A stretch of DNA of 63,212 nt, counting the filler, from Octopus bimaculoides (lineage: Eukaryota): assembly GCF_001194135.2 (NCBI RefSeq). It is 3 parts of 3 records of this genome, joined end to end, with 100 filler letters (N's around TTAATTAATTAA, not from the genome) between each part and the next. Parts side by side here need not be neighbours in the genome. Positions count along the whole stretch, not along the records: positions 34,793 to 63,212 come from NC_069002.1; 2 more parts are not named here. One strand, written 5' to 3'. The position numbers and the translations under genes were made by a program. The notes beneath the pieces were generated by a model. That model made no database searches and was not told where the DNA came from. It worked only from the letters and a program-made list of their open reading frames with translations. Below are positions 37,971-50,094 of the stretch, one piece after another (the stretch's first letter is position 1; the number at the start of each line of letters is the position of its first letter).

Positions 37971-39280
37971 AAAAATGTATACGTATATACATATATGTAT
38001 GTGCGTAAGGGGAGACAGAAAATAGTTGTAAGGCTGTGGAATTCGAACGCAGTCCCTGCTGTATACTATATAGATTTGCGAATCGGTGGGAGCCTGAAAA
38101 ATCGGTGTGTAGAGCAAAAAATATAGAAGTGTTTTCTTCAGAAGTTATGCCTACTTACAACAAGACTGATAGGTTTTACAACTGCATCTTGCATCCGGAA
38201 AGGTAAAGAATAATTACCCGTCTAAGTAGTGGTGCTTAGATAATTAACTAAAACCGTAGAAGATGCTGCTCCAGTCCGGCCGTTGTCCAGTAACTAAAAC
38301 CATTAGAAGAATATATAATGATGATTGTTGCAATGGAAACTGTCATCTTATGGCTATTGAGTCTATCAATTTAGAAATCTGTGAATGTCATATATTATAG
38401 AGTACTTAGTTAACGTTGACAGAAATCAATACTAGTACAGAACACTAACGTAACAATTGTGAAATTGACAGCGCTGTCGCTTTTTATAGAGGTAATAAAA
38501 AACAGATAAGATACTATCACATGTAGTACTATAAAGGTAGGCGGGTTGAATTCTTGAAAGTTAAGTACGTAGAAAAGTTTAATAGATAATTGCATTTTCT
38601 TCATTTTAAATCCAATCTTTCGTGTTTCTTATTTCTAGTCTACGTTAGTTAAAAGGTGACATATCTCCCTCATGAAGTCTTTATGTTCCAACAGAAAATT
38701 GAATTCTTTTTTGGGGGAAAGAAAATCTGTCCAATTCTTGTTAAAAGAAAAGCTTACAGCCAAATAAAGTGTTGTTATAAGAAACAGAGGAGAAAATGAT
38801 ACAAAGAGTGACTGTACTTCTCGAATTTTCTGCATTACATTTCGATCAGAATATTTTTCTACAGTCATCAGGTCTTTCCTATTTTATTTTATTTATTCCA
38901 TGTCTTGTACACAATACTCTCACTTGCTCGATAGAAGAGTGGATTTTCAGTGAATAAACGGTGTAGGTGAGTACATAACGCATCTGCACAGAAACATTAT
39001 CTCACCGTACTACACTGAACACAGCTATACAGATTCCTTCTACCACCTAAACACACACAGATGGTTTTTCTTTGATTTATCTAAAAAAAAAAAAAAAAAA
39101 TCCTAGAAAGCTCAATAATACAACCTTGTGTTAGGCATGAAGCTTGAAATGTGTTCTATGTAAGATAAGCATTAATTACAATTCTAGCGCAAGGTTTATT
39201 TTTATCAAGAGTTCGAACAAACTGTTAATGATTAAATATCTCACTTGAATGATGACTTACACATCTACTCAACAGTTCTT

Positions 39281-39575
39281 CGCGTGGCTCAGTGGTTAAG
39301 GTGCTGGGCTCACGATTGTAAGGTTGTGAGTTCGATTCCCGGTGACGCGTTGTGTCCTAGAGGAAGACACTATTTGCTGTTCTCCAGCCCACTCAACTGG
39401 TAAAAATTAGCTGTGCCTGTAATGCAAAGGTTCAGCATGTTACATCAAATCTCCATGAGAACTACGTTAAGGGTACCTGTGTCTGTGGAGTGCTCAGCCA
39501 CTTGCACGTTAATTTCACAAGCAGGCTGGTCTGTTGATCAGATCAACTGGAACCCTCATCGTTGTATCCGACTGA
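39281..39575 (+). mobile_element. SINE sharing the family B tail but with a different tRNA-like head
   Basis: cgcgTGGCTCAGTGGttaagg..gtGAGTTCGATTCC head; tail gagaactacgttaagggtac..gtggagtgctcagccacttgcacgttaatttcac. Confidence 0.8.
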
Positions 39576-39601
39576 GTTACAAAATATATATATACACACA
39601 C

Positions 39602-39654
<53 letters not shown>

Positions 39655-39687
39655 CACACATATATATATATATACACACACACATGT

Positions 39688-39745
<58 letters not shown>

Positions 39746-39855
39746 TGCTATATCAATTTGAAAACACCTGTTCTCGTCCGGTCACCGAAGTTAATCAAAA
39801 TCGAACTTGTATTTATATGGACGAACCCTTGAGGAATCTAGGTGTTGTAAACATA

Positions 39856-39895
<40 letters not shown>

Positions 39896-42399
39896 TCTTT
39901 GGCTGAAATCTAACTCACTCTATTTCAATGCCAACATCCATCATGGCAGTGTTTCTAAGGCTGAAATGATAGTTATATACTATTTTTAAGAATATCCGAC
40001 TTCAGATAGCGTTGCACAAGTAGGAGAGGAATCCTGACATTCGTTTATAGTTTCCCAGCTCTGCTTTATAATGGTGGTCAAAATATTTGACTCAAATTAT
40101 TTATCCAACAACGTACTCCGTTGTCGAGGCATGAAATGGTGCTCTTTCGAAAAAGTAGAAGCATTGTAAACGAGGGTTTCATTGTTTTTCACTGCTGAAA
40201 GTTCAATTCTCACAACTGAAAATACAAAGGGAACAGGGAATCAAATCCAGCTGAACCTATATTTTTGTCGAAAGTGGAGGGGCGGTTGATATGCCTTATG
40301 TGCGCATTTGGTATAGGAAAATTGTGTTGAACCTCCTTGCTTTCTCATGCTATGTGTGTGCGATTTTGTATTTGTTTTCCCACAGATCAACGCGTGTTGG
40401 TTTGTTACTACGCCATCAGAGCGATAGAATAAGTATCAGATTTAAAACAAGCATTAGGGTCGTTTAGTTCGACTAAACCCTTTCAGAATATCCCCTACAT
40501 ATGTACGAAGGACGAAGCTGATTAGTGTTACTGTTCTCAAGAAGCATAGCTCATAATCCATATTTTATACATATTGATATAATAGACACACACACACACA
40601 CACAGCATGATGGCCAGTTTTCGGCTCACGATCGTAAGGTTGTGGTTTCAGTTGCTGAATAGGCAGTGTGCTATCTCTTTATACAAGGCATCTCATCTCA
40701 CTTTCTACTCAGCTGAAAAGGAGTACTAGCACACTCCTGCTGCAACCCCTGTCTCTACAGTTACCACATTGTAGAGACCGTGGTTGTCTGATGTGACAAT
40801 GTTTTATAATTGTCAAAAAAAAACAAACAAAAAAACAAACAAACTTGGAAGTCGCTTCCCACAGGAACATTTTGTTGAGATATTTGGACCCTCATCCACC
40901 CTTAAAGTGCTAGCAGCTTTTTAAACGACTGTAGTCTCAGTTGTAGTATTTTGCTTGAGGAGGTCCGGAAAACCTTAACATAAATCGATTAAATTTACTC
41001 TGGTCCTTAATACTGCGGAACTTGAAAGAGTAAAAGTCACCACTGCGATATTTGAGCTCAGAATATAAAGAGCTGTAACAAATAGAGCAAATCATTTTGT
41101 CCAAGAGTTCAATAATTCTGTGAATCTATCGCCTGTGTTTCTCACATAATATATTGATTCACTAATGAAAAAGTACACTGCATAAGTGCATAAGATACAC
41201 GCATACACGTAACCTAGGAACTTGTTAACATTGGATCTCTACCAAATGATATAAATACCAATGTCGATTTTTTTTCTTCGGTTTTATCTCTTATACAATT
41301 TCGTTTGTAAATTTATTGTTTTGAATATCTTTTCAAATATCTAATAAGATTTGATACCACTTATTAAAAATACACAACAAAGGCAGGGAATATAATTAAC
41401 ATTCCCCGCTTAAATAAACCATCTTAGAATATTTATTGAGTAAACGATGACTGTATATTTGGTCCGTTCATAAAAAAGAATCTCGAGTGAAGGGTCGTAA
41501 ATTAGATACCATTGAGAAAATAACTGTAAAGTTGTTGTCAACAACAGTAAAGAGAAAAAAATCTAAGGAGACAACAGGTCTGTGAGCAAGTGTCAAACAT
41601 TTTTATTGAACTAAAGTTCACTTCCGACACCGCGTCTAAGATTCCAGATTTAAATCAAACCAAAGTAATAACATTGTCCTAATCAAAGGCACTAATAAAA
41701 CGACTTATAAAATAAGCAAGATGTTCTATTGAGATTGATTAATTGATGCTATTCGCATAAACATTGCCAAATCTTACTTCTACCCTCCCCCCCATTCCTG
41801 ATAGGATTCAAACCAATGATATATTGATTTTTGTTCTGCTGACGTCAAGAATCGACTTGGAAAAGAAATTCAGTGAATATGAAACTTATTTTGGGTTGTT
41901 GGGAGAGTTTCTGGATTTTTGAAGTAAAAGGAAAACAATTGATAAATTGATATACAGTTCTCTTCGTTATTTTAATTTTATTAAGTTAATTAAAATATCT
42001 AATTTCATTTACGATATTCAACTTTGTTTTCGTTTTGATTAAACACAACCCAGAACTAGCACTTAGAACCCCTCGTTTTAATGTTTTCTTTATACATTAC
42101 TTACAAAAGGTGAACCCCACCCGCCTGTGTAGAGATATACAAGGAAGAGATACACAATCATTAATGAAGTGGACAGCGATGTGATTTGAACTCAGATACA
42201 GTAACTTCAAAATCTAACGCGTTTTAGGTTTCATTTTCACGACTAGTGTCCATCCTCCTAACACGCTGGACTACTTTATCAAAATCATTTCCCATATTGA
42301 ACTTTTGTAGAACTCCAGGTGGTGATTGGTTTTATGTCAGTACTGAATGAGCAGATTATGGGTCAAAAATGAGTCTTTCCTCCTTCTTCAGATTTAAGA

Positions 42400-42858
42400 C
42401 TATATATGGTGTCCATAAGCTCCCCATTTCAATAAAAATCTTTTACAATGTCCATAAAGTTCTTATATTAATGAAAATGCAGGATTTATGTTAACAGCAG
42501 TTAAAATAACTAGTATATGGAGAACCTGCCCTTATTAGGTTTAAAATGTTTGGAATAATCAGTGGATTAGATGTGGGTTTAACGGTACATGGCCAATCTG
42601 ATAGCCAGATCTAACCCCTTTCAGCTTCTTTACAAAAAGGTTTTATATCAAATTACAAGTCTACAAAACAAAGACTACTACCCTGCTCAAAATACTGAAA
42701 ATATCCAAGGATGGATTTTGGAAGGAGTTGAATAGTGTAGAGAAACCGTTGGCAACATATCGAACCATATTCTTCAAATAGTGCTACTAATGTTCAATTG
42801 TTATTTTTAAAATTTCCGTTGGTTTTAAATTGAATGGTTATTATATATGAACACCCTG
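42400..42858 (+). mobile_element. Degraded Tc1-like transposase 3' end with terminal repeat
   Basis: QWIRCG..TWP...PDLTPFSF (42558-42630), like WIGRGG..WPPRSPDLTPLDF; ends GAACACCCTG (42849-42858), the reverse complement of the CAGGGTGTTC terminus at 37738. Confidence 0.5.
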
Positions 42859-43800
42859 ATTTATTCAACGTGTTCTTATTTTAAGAGAACAAGTATGTAG
42901 TTTAAAAGGATATTTGACTGTGATGTGACAGAGTTTATACATTGCAAAGAGTGCCTCACTCGCTCCCAAGAGTTTAGAACAATTTCATGAGATTAGCAAC
43001 GGAAATTGGTGGAAAAAAAAAAACTAGACATGCATTCTAACCACAAACAAAACATTATCACAAGATTTGAACTTACGAACCAAAAGTGACATTTCTTTTG
43101 GGACAACTTAGTAGCAGCGGGTAGTTATGTTAATTTCAAGTGCATTGTTCACCGATGTAGTGGTTTGGCAAATGTTCGTTACTAAACACCTTTTGGGGTC
43201 ACCATAAACAAGTGAAATACATTGAACCACAATTATATGAATAGCAATAACGACCGACATGTATTGAAATGAACCCGGAAGGGGAAAGTAAAGCAAACCG
43301 CTGTATATTTGAACTAAGAACGTAAGGAATTGTGTCCGACTCTCTGCAGACATTGCCAGTCTACCTCTTTTAGTTGGTCACTAATATCGAACCAGTGATG
43401 GAACTTCTACATGCGACTTCACTTGCTAGAAACAGGAGCGATAAATTATCTCCAAAATCACATTCAACTGTCTTTATAAAAATGGAAGTGACACCTCGGG
43501 TAACATCCTGAATATTTCACCCCCGTCCATTTGCTGTAGGTACGGTATCGACTGATAATGTAGCCGAAATTTTGGTTTCGGATTTGATTACTGGTCGAGA
43601 TGACGCGGTCATTCGAGAATGGAAATACAATTACAATATAAAAATGACGGAACAAAATGTTGCAAGTTAAACATTTACTGTTTTTATTTTGAAGAAAATG
43701 GCGAGTGGAATGGTCATTAATATAGTTAGTGGTGATATGAACACGAATGTAAAAATATATAAAAATTATTTTAGAGTTCGACTAGTTTTCTTTCAAAATT

Positions 43801-43998
43801 TTAATGGAGTGGAATCTGTAGTTTAAAGAACTCAAACGAATTATACGAATCCCAAGCGAGAAAGATCGATTCTTCTTCATTCTCAACGAAAGGAGGAAAT
43901 GCAAAGTCAATGTCGGCAGGTTTTAGCAACCAGAAGGACTGGAACGAAATACGTCCAACCCTCTTATAATCCTGCCAGTCTGTCACCGAAATTGACCC
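43801..43998 (-). pseudogene. In-frame continuation of the orphan ORF beyond a single TAG (GSISVTDWQDYKRVG...KLQIPLH*)
   Basis: After TAG at 44001-43999 the same frame reads GGG TCA ATT TCG GTG... for 65 codons to TAA at 43803-43801. An AATAAA lies on the minus strand at 43688-43683. Confidence 0.5.
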
Positions 43999-44844
43999 CT
44001 AATACATAGGACCAATGAGGGGAACCCCAAGGTGGTGGTACAACCTTCTAGAAATAGAAGCGAAATCATACCTAATTGGCGCCATATTGGTGTTAAAAGA
44101 CGGAAAGAGTAAATCTCGGTACGTCTCGTGAAGAAGCCGAATAGTATTCAATGTCCAGTTGTCAGGGTGAGATTCCAAGTGGTCAACTATTAATGGAGGA
44201 AGAATGTGTCGAATGTTCCAAAGAAAATTTATGCATTCCTGAAAAGTGATCATCATATCCTCGATATCTTTGTGGACTGTACTCAGTTGCGCTTTTCTTA
44301 TGGCTATTGTGGTATTATTTGTACGGATTTCTTGGTAGTGAAGGATTTCTTCCAAGCCTGAACGATGCGGCATGTTCCGAAACCGTTCCCATGTTCGATT
44401 TCTAATGAAGTCAAGAATGTCCAACTTTAAATACACCAAAGTGATCGTATATGTATTATGTTTTGGATGAAAAATCTGCTGCGAAATTCGACGCATGTGA
44501 TTAGATGTTCGCAGGATCACAAATTTTGTGAGGTCTAAAATACTTGGAATACAATTGAGATCGGAAGGGGAGAGATATAGAAAAATATTGGTCAGTAAAT
44601 TTCTCTCGAGTGTACAATAATAGGGCGAATTGATTAATAAATGCAAAATGGCGAATTCTATGGTTTGAGTCAGTGGAATGTTTTCTTCGTATTTCAATTG
44701 ATTTAAAGAAGCCCTCACTTCATTAAAACCTCTCTTGAAAGTTTTGGACATTGATAATAATACATATTCAAAATAACCAACTGGTAACGGAAACTGACCT
44801 TCTATACTTTTTGCTACACCGTTCTTTTCTAAACACAAAGACAT
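43999..44844 (-). CDS. Orphan intronless ORF (281 aa, MSLCLEKNGV...LGVPLIGPMY) of unknown function; possibly viral/Polinton-like or an F-box-like orphan
   Basis: 846-bp stop-free frame with no microsatellite or SINE inside, protein-like composition, ATG at 44844 preceded by gaggaaa. The track's 344-aa ORF is inflated by the upstream gap and (TA)n. No family recognised. Confidence 0.6.
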   Translation of the reverse strand: MSLCLEKNGVAKSIEGQFPLPVGYFEYVLLSMSKTFKRGFNEVRASLNQLKYEENIPLTQTIEFAILHLLINSPYYCTLERNLLTNIFLYLSPSDLNCIPSILDLTKFVILRTSNHMRRISQQIFHPKHNTYTITLVYLKLDILDFIRNRTWERFRNMPHRSGLEEILHYQEIRTNNTTIAIRKAQLSTVHKDIEDMMITFQECINFLWNIRHILPPLIVDHLESHPDNWTLNTIRLLHETYRDLLFPSFNTNMAPIRYDFASISRRLYHHLGVPLIGPMY

Positions 44845-45099
44845 TTTCCTCTCTATACTCGTTTCAATAAAATAAATCCTTATATATATATATATATATA
44901 TATATNNNNNNNNNNNNNNNNNNNNNNNNNNNNNNNNNNNNNNNNNNNNNNNNNNNNNNNNNNNNNNNNNNNNNNNNNNNNNNNNNNNGTACACATTCAA
45001 ACCGATTAACTGCCAAATGGAAGAGTCTATCAAAAGGAAAATAGGTACGATATTTATAGGAATAACTCAACACTATAAACTACAGAAAAATTGGTAATT

Positions 45100-45310
45100 T
45101 CTTTACTGTGATTTCTAGCGTAGGTTTCAAAGCCTTACATTTTGAGAAAAGGGTAAAGTCAGTGATGATAACTCTTGTACTTGACTGGTACTTCATTTCA
45201 TCGATCCAAGTCAGATGAAAGTCTGTGTGTAACACAGTGTGATTTGAACTCAGAGAATATAGATTCGCATCCAAATACCACTCAAAAGATTTTGCCAATC
45301 CGTCGCAGCA
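45100..45310 (-). mobile_element. Diverged SINE family A copy
   Basis: gactggtacttcatttcatcgatcc...gatgaaagt...gatttgaactcagag. Confidence 0.55.
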
Positions 45311-45499
45311 CTGCAACAACGCTGATGAGTGTTTTGTGAGCTTGCAGCGATGAGTTCAAATCATTCTACAGCTTTGGCATGCACACCGTATGCATTCATA
45401 CATCTAGATTTTATTCTAGATTCTCAAAGGAAGGGAGTGTTCTAAGAAGCATCACACTGATTGCGAGACATACCATCTGTGCCATCATTAATTTTTGTT

Positions 45500-45730
45500 T
45501 TTAACGAGCCAATGAGGAAAACTCTATGTGATCAATTGATCGTTTAGAAATAGCAAACGAATCTCCCTAAAATGACAACCCTATCATCTTAGAAAAGAAG
45601 GGCACATTGGATACTATGATCTTAGGCACTGACTTCCTAGTAAAAATGTTGGGATGGTCGCGGTTGGAGTGTCTTTGATCACAGACAAAAGCAGAGCCAG
45701 GCTGATCCGAGGATAAGCAACAACAGTAAA
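45500..45730 (+). repeat. Dispersed short repeat family E (other copies near 23560-23650, 43370-43490, 46570-46800, 50360-50560, 63080-63150)
   Basis: Recurrent motif (g)ctagaaatagca..aaatctccctcaaatcaca..gtctt..aaa..ggg on both strands. Confidence 0.55.
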
Positions 45731-46009
45731 GACGACATGTATTTTAAATTTTACTTGAATCTTTAAAATATTTAGAGACGGTGAATTGGCACAATTGCTA
45801 TAGGGACTTTATGAGTTCACATCTCAGCAAGTTCGGTAACAATGCTGGGACCAGTTCTCTTTTCTTCACGTTAAACTCTTCGAAAATCACTCCTGCGTCC
45901 CAGTTTTCTATTCTAAGCTGAAGCAAAATTAATTTGACTGGTTTCACTGAATTCATTTTAGAACCGCATCAACGTCGTTACACCTTAAAAGGTTTGCTTT
46001 GTAGCTATT

Positions 46010-46320
46010 TGTTCTCAGGTCAGTCACCACCCGCCACCGCTTCTAGCTTACAGACGTGCTGTCTTTTCATTTTGTTTCTTTTAACGTCGCTTTTTTCTAG
46101 CAGTTATCTGGGATCGTACCACCTCCATGCATTTCCTCCTCTCACCAATCTACCCACTTCTGGCTCCACAGAATCAGCTTCGCCCAAATATTTCTTTCTC
46201 AGACAGTTTTCCCTCTGGAATTATCTTCTTGCTTGGCTACATTTTTCCTGCAGGCGTCAACTGGTAGATGTTCGAGAGGAACTCTAATCATGCCAATCTC
46301 ACCGGTCTCGTAGGAGCTGC
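46010..46320 (+). mobile_element. Degraded non-LTR retrotransposon ORF2 C-terminus (clade uncertain)
   Basis: LAYRRAVFS.CFF....ELSGIVPPP....DSF..LWNYL...FPAGVN..MF resembles the RR.VASL.LFY..CS.EL..VPP..SFFPRT..LWN.LP..FP motif. Confidence 0.45.
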
Positions 46321-47270
46321 AAAAGCTATAGGCACGGACTCCCCCCCCCATGAAGAAGCCTTTAAAAATAATCCTACAAAGATCTGTTTATATATGTAGA
46401 ATTTATTTCAGTTTAGACTTGAATATTAGTATTATAGAAGCAATTCCGCTAAACGTTATGAAATATCAAAACGTTGCTATTCTTTAGACTCAAGTCCTTC
46501 CTGATCGAGTAAAAACATGAACGGGTCTCAGGTGCTAACACATCATTCTTCTTTTCCAAGTCGAGTGCATTTAGGACGATATTGTTCCTCTTGTTTGTGA
46601 CAATGGATTGTGATTTAAGACAGATTTGGCTGGTGTTTCTAACAGTTCAAATGCACCACTGGCAGTCCTTGTTTGAAGATATTTGTTGTTGGTTACTTCA
46701 AGTTCAGATCTGATCGAGCAGACCTGTCTACTCTTTGACAATCCGTACTCGAATATATATACACGAATATATTATCCTGTTGAGACATCCCCTGCGAGAA
46801 TAGACTTGACCGAGTGACTATAAGTGGTAGCAGTCTGAGAGAGAGAGAGAGAGAGAAAGAAAGAAAGAGTTAATCTCTAGAAGTAGTAAGGTGTGGTTTT
46901 GGTAGTTTGTCGAAATATCGTTTGTTGGTTCGTGTATTGCTCGTGGAAAGTTTGTTGGCTTGTTACGTTGTTACTCTGCTTCGTTATATGTTTATTGTCA
47001 CTACACGGTTATAGTGTGAACAAGTATCGTCATAATTAGTGGCGATACTATAATAATTGGCGACGAGTAACCACGTTACAATATATTCAAATTGAGCTAT
47101 TTTAAGAGACAGAATGGTGTAATTTGAATATTTAGCCCCAAATCATCTCTGGTCGAGTAAATCTCTGCTAAAAGGCGTTCAAACCGTGATAAATCCGTCC
47201 TTCACACACACACAAACACACAGACACTTACATATGCACACATATATATATATGTGTGTGCATCTATCTA

Positions 47271-47416
47271 TAGGCATAGGCGTGGCTGTGTGATAAGAGA
47301 CCTGGTTCCCAATGCCATGATTCCGGACTCAGTCTAACTGCGTGGTATCTCGAGCAAGTGTCTTCTACTATAGTCTCGAACCGACCAAGGCCCTGTGAGT
47401 GGTTAAGCCTTGTATG

Positions 47417-47469
<53 letters not shown>

Positions 47470-47680
47470 CTTTGTTTCTGTGTTTGTCCCCCACCAACGC
47501 TAGACAGCTTGTGTTGGAGTATTTACACCCTCGTAACTTAGTGGTTTGGCAAAAGTGAGCGATAGAATAAGTACCAGACTGAAAAGCGAAAAAGTACTAC
47601 AGTCGATTCATCTCACTAACATTCTTGAAGGCGGTGCCCCAGCATGGCCGCAGTCTAATGATCGAAACAAGTAAAAGATT
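47271..47680 (+). mobile_element. Bipartite SINE, family C
   Basis: taggcataggcgtggctgtgtg..gagcaagtgtcttctactatag, (TA)n(TG)n, then tttgtccccc..gatagaataagtacc..ggcggtgccccagcatggccgcag. Confidence 0.85.
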
Positions 47681-47954
47681 AAAGTTGTATGTATCTATAT
47701 ACTGGATGATATTAAATGATCAAAGAGATCAAAATTATTTAATGATTTACTCAATAAGTGATTGGTTGTTTTAAATTATCATAAAACTTAATATCTTTCA
47801 AATCGTTCAGTGTGTTATATATTTTAATATCAACATTGCTGATGCATTCACAAAAACGTGTACAAACATACATACACACACACATACATACATACATTCA
47901 TTCATACATACATACATACATACATATATATATCTGTGTGTGTGTGTGTGTATA

Positions 47955-48046
<92 letters not shown>

Positions 48047-48581
48047 ATGGATATCTACGTTTTTAATGGAGAAGATTCTGGTTGGCAGAATTCCAATCAA
48101 TATTTTGTATTGTAGAAAATTTCATTTCGACAATTCCATTATTGAAAATTTACCAACGTTATATAAATTCAAATATTATTGCTTTATTTTAAATAAAATC
48201 ATATTTTATTATGTGATCACGTTTTTAATAACATTTTAATTAAGTCAAAATTTAAGCTTGGATGGTTTTAAATTCATAGGATTTTAATTAATGAAATGAA
48301 GTCGATTAATTTGTAAAGTAGGTACCAAAGCTAAAGGGGTCCGCTGCTTCACAGGCACAATTTTAGGTTTTCTCAAAGAATACGTAATCATGTTACTTTG
48401 GGAATTTTATTAACCGTTTTGCTTTTTCCGCAACATTTCATAAAAATATTCGTAGAACCATTTTTGGTTTTCATTTGTGTCAGTGCTGAAATCGTATTAG
48501 TTTGACATTATTATTGGCAGTCTATAGAGTAGATTAATATCAAGAATGAAGGTATTTCTTTATGTAGGGTTTAATTGGCAC

Positions 48582-48648
<67 letters not shown>

Positions 48649-48670
48649 CCTGCCTGCCTGCCTGCCTGTA

Positions 48671-48703
<33 letters not shown>

Positions 48704-50058
48704 TGATCTCACGTTTAATAATTGTTATAATTATGCAAATTACCTTAGGCTATATATGCTTTATATATTCCCTTTGTATAAATCCGAGTCTTATATCGCG
48801 CTGTAATCAAGATGTCGCATCTGCTGTGCTGATGATGCGAAAGGAGGGAGGAGCACGTGAAAACATTTGTTGTCTAAAAATATATTTAAAAGACTGTGTC
48901 TTTTTCTTAATAATTGCGCGCCAATCCCGGAAGATTGTAGATTAGCAGAGTTTGTTTCCCTTTCTCTAAATGAGAATGTTCCAATTCTTACTAAGTACTT
49001 GCTCACCTTTTTCTCGAAGCGAAGTTATTTGGAATAAATCAAGAATTTATCTTGTATGTTATTTAGTATACCTATCTTTGTCGTTGTTCCTCAAATTCAT
49101 GCCACTTGCCACTTTGAGTTCTTCTTCTCAGCAGGTCACTTTACGCATGTGTGTACGTGTAGATTTGTGCATGCGCGCGTGTGTGTGGGTGCGTGGTATA
49201 CAAACTTAGAGGTCTCATTTGAACTAAGTAATAATTAGATATTGTTTTGGACAAAAGATGTCAGATGCCTTGGACTAATTTGGTTTCATATTTAAACAGA
49301 AATATCATTATCGTCGTCGTCGTCATCATCATCATCTGCAGCAACAGACGCCGGTCATTCAACGTGTACAGACGACACAATTACATCTCATAGGAAGTTC
49401 TGTAATTTACACAATTAAAACATTTTCAGACTGGAAGGAGTCTGAAAATTTACTTGTATATAGAATTTCATGAATATACAAGTAAAATAGTGTATCGGGC
49501 AACGAACTGGCAGGGTCGGCGGAGCATCGGATGAAGTTCTTTGTGGTATTCATCGCCCTCAAATCAAATATAGCCATGTTGATTTCATCTTTCAGCCTTT
49601 CCAGGTCGATGACTTAAGAACTACTCCAGTTCTTGGGGCGAATCTGTCCTTCAGTCTCTCAGTCTCGCTTTCTACAAACATACATACATACATACATACA
49701 TACATACATACATACACACAGATATGTAAGTGGTTGGGGTCAAAGTCTAACACTGATGGATCCGGCCACGTTTAGATGCCTTAAATGCCACGAGAGTGCC
49801 ACTATGATTTCACCATGAGTTTACGGCCCAAGGTAAATATTGGTGTATGTATGTATGTATGTATGTATGTATGTATGTGTGTGTGTGTGTATGTGTATGT
49901 GTGTATGTATGACCATATTTATGTATGACTATGTATATATGTATGTATGTCAGTATGTACGTATGTATGTATGTATGTATGCATGTCCTGATAGATCACT
50001 GACCGCTACATTTATATATTTTTTCTCCTTGTTTCTCTCCTTATTTCTTTCTGTGTTC

Positions 50059-50094
50059 CTTTCTGTTGAAGATCGTAGGCTCGAAACATCAAAG
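50059..50094 (+). ncRNA. Minimal type-I hammerhead-ribozyme-like motif (Penelope pLTR type), with deviant core
   Basis: cttt-CTGTTGA-A-GATC(GTAG)GCTC-GAAA-C-ATC-aaag; helix I cttt/aaag; helix II with one mismatch; A6 replaced by U. Confidence 0.4.

Noticed and set aside
44020-44060. LYHHLGVPLI resembling the mononegaviral L-protein FRHWGHP motif
   Set aside because: The key W-G-H residues do not match and the flanks do not resemble L protein; too weak to call an RdRp EVE.
44844-45033. N-terminal 63 aa of the track's 344-aa ORF
   Set aside because: Made of a TTG start, a gap and a (TA)n tract; the supportable ORF starts at ATG 44844.
48990-49015. Minus-strand donor-like AAG|GTGAGC as a possible 5'-UTR exon end for the receptor
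   Set aside because: Such motifs are common by chance, it lies 41 kb away across two unsized joins, and there is no transcript evidence.
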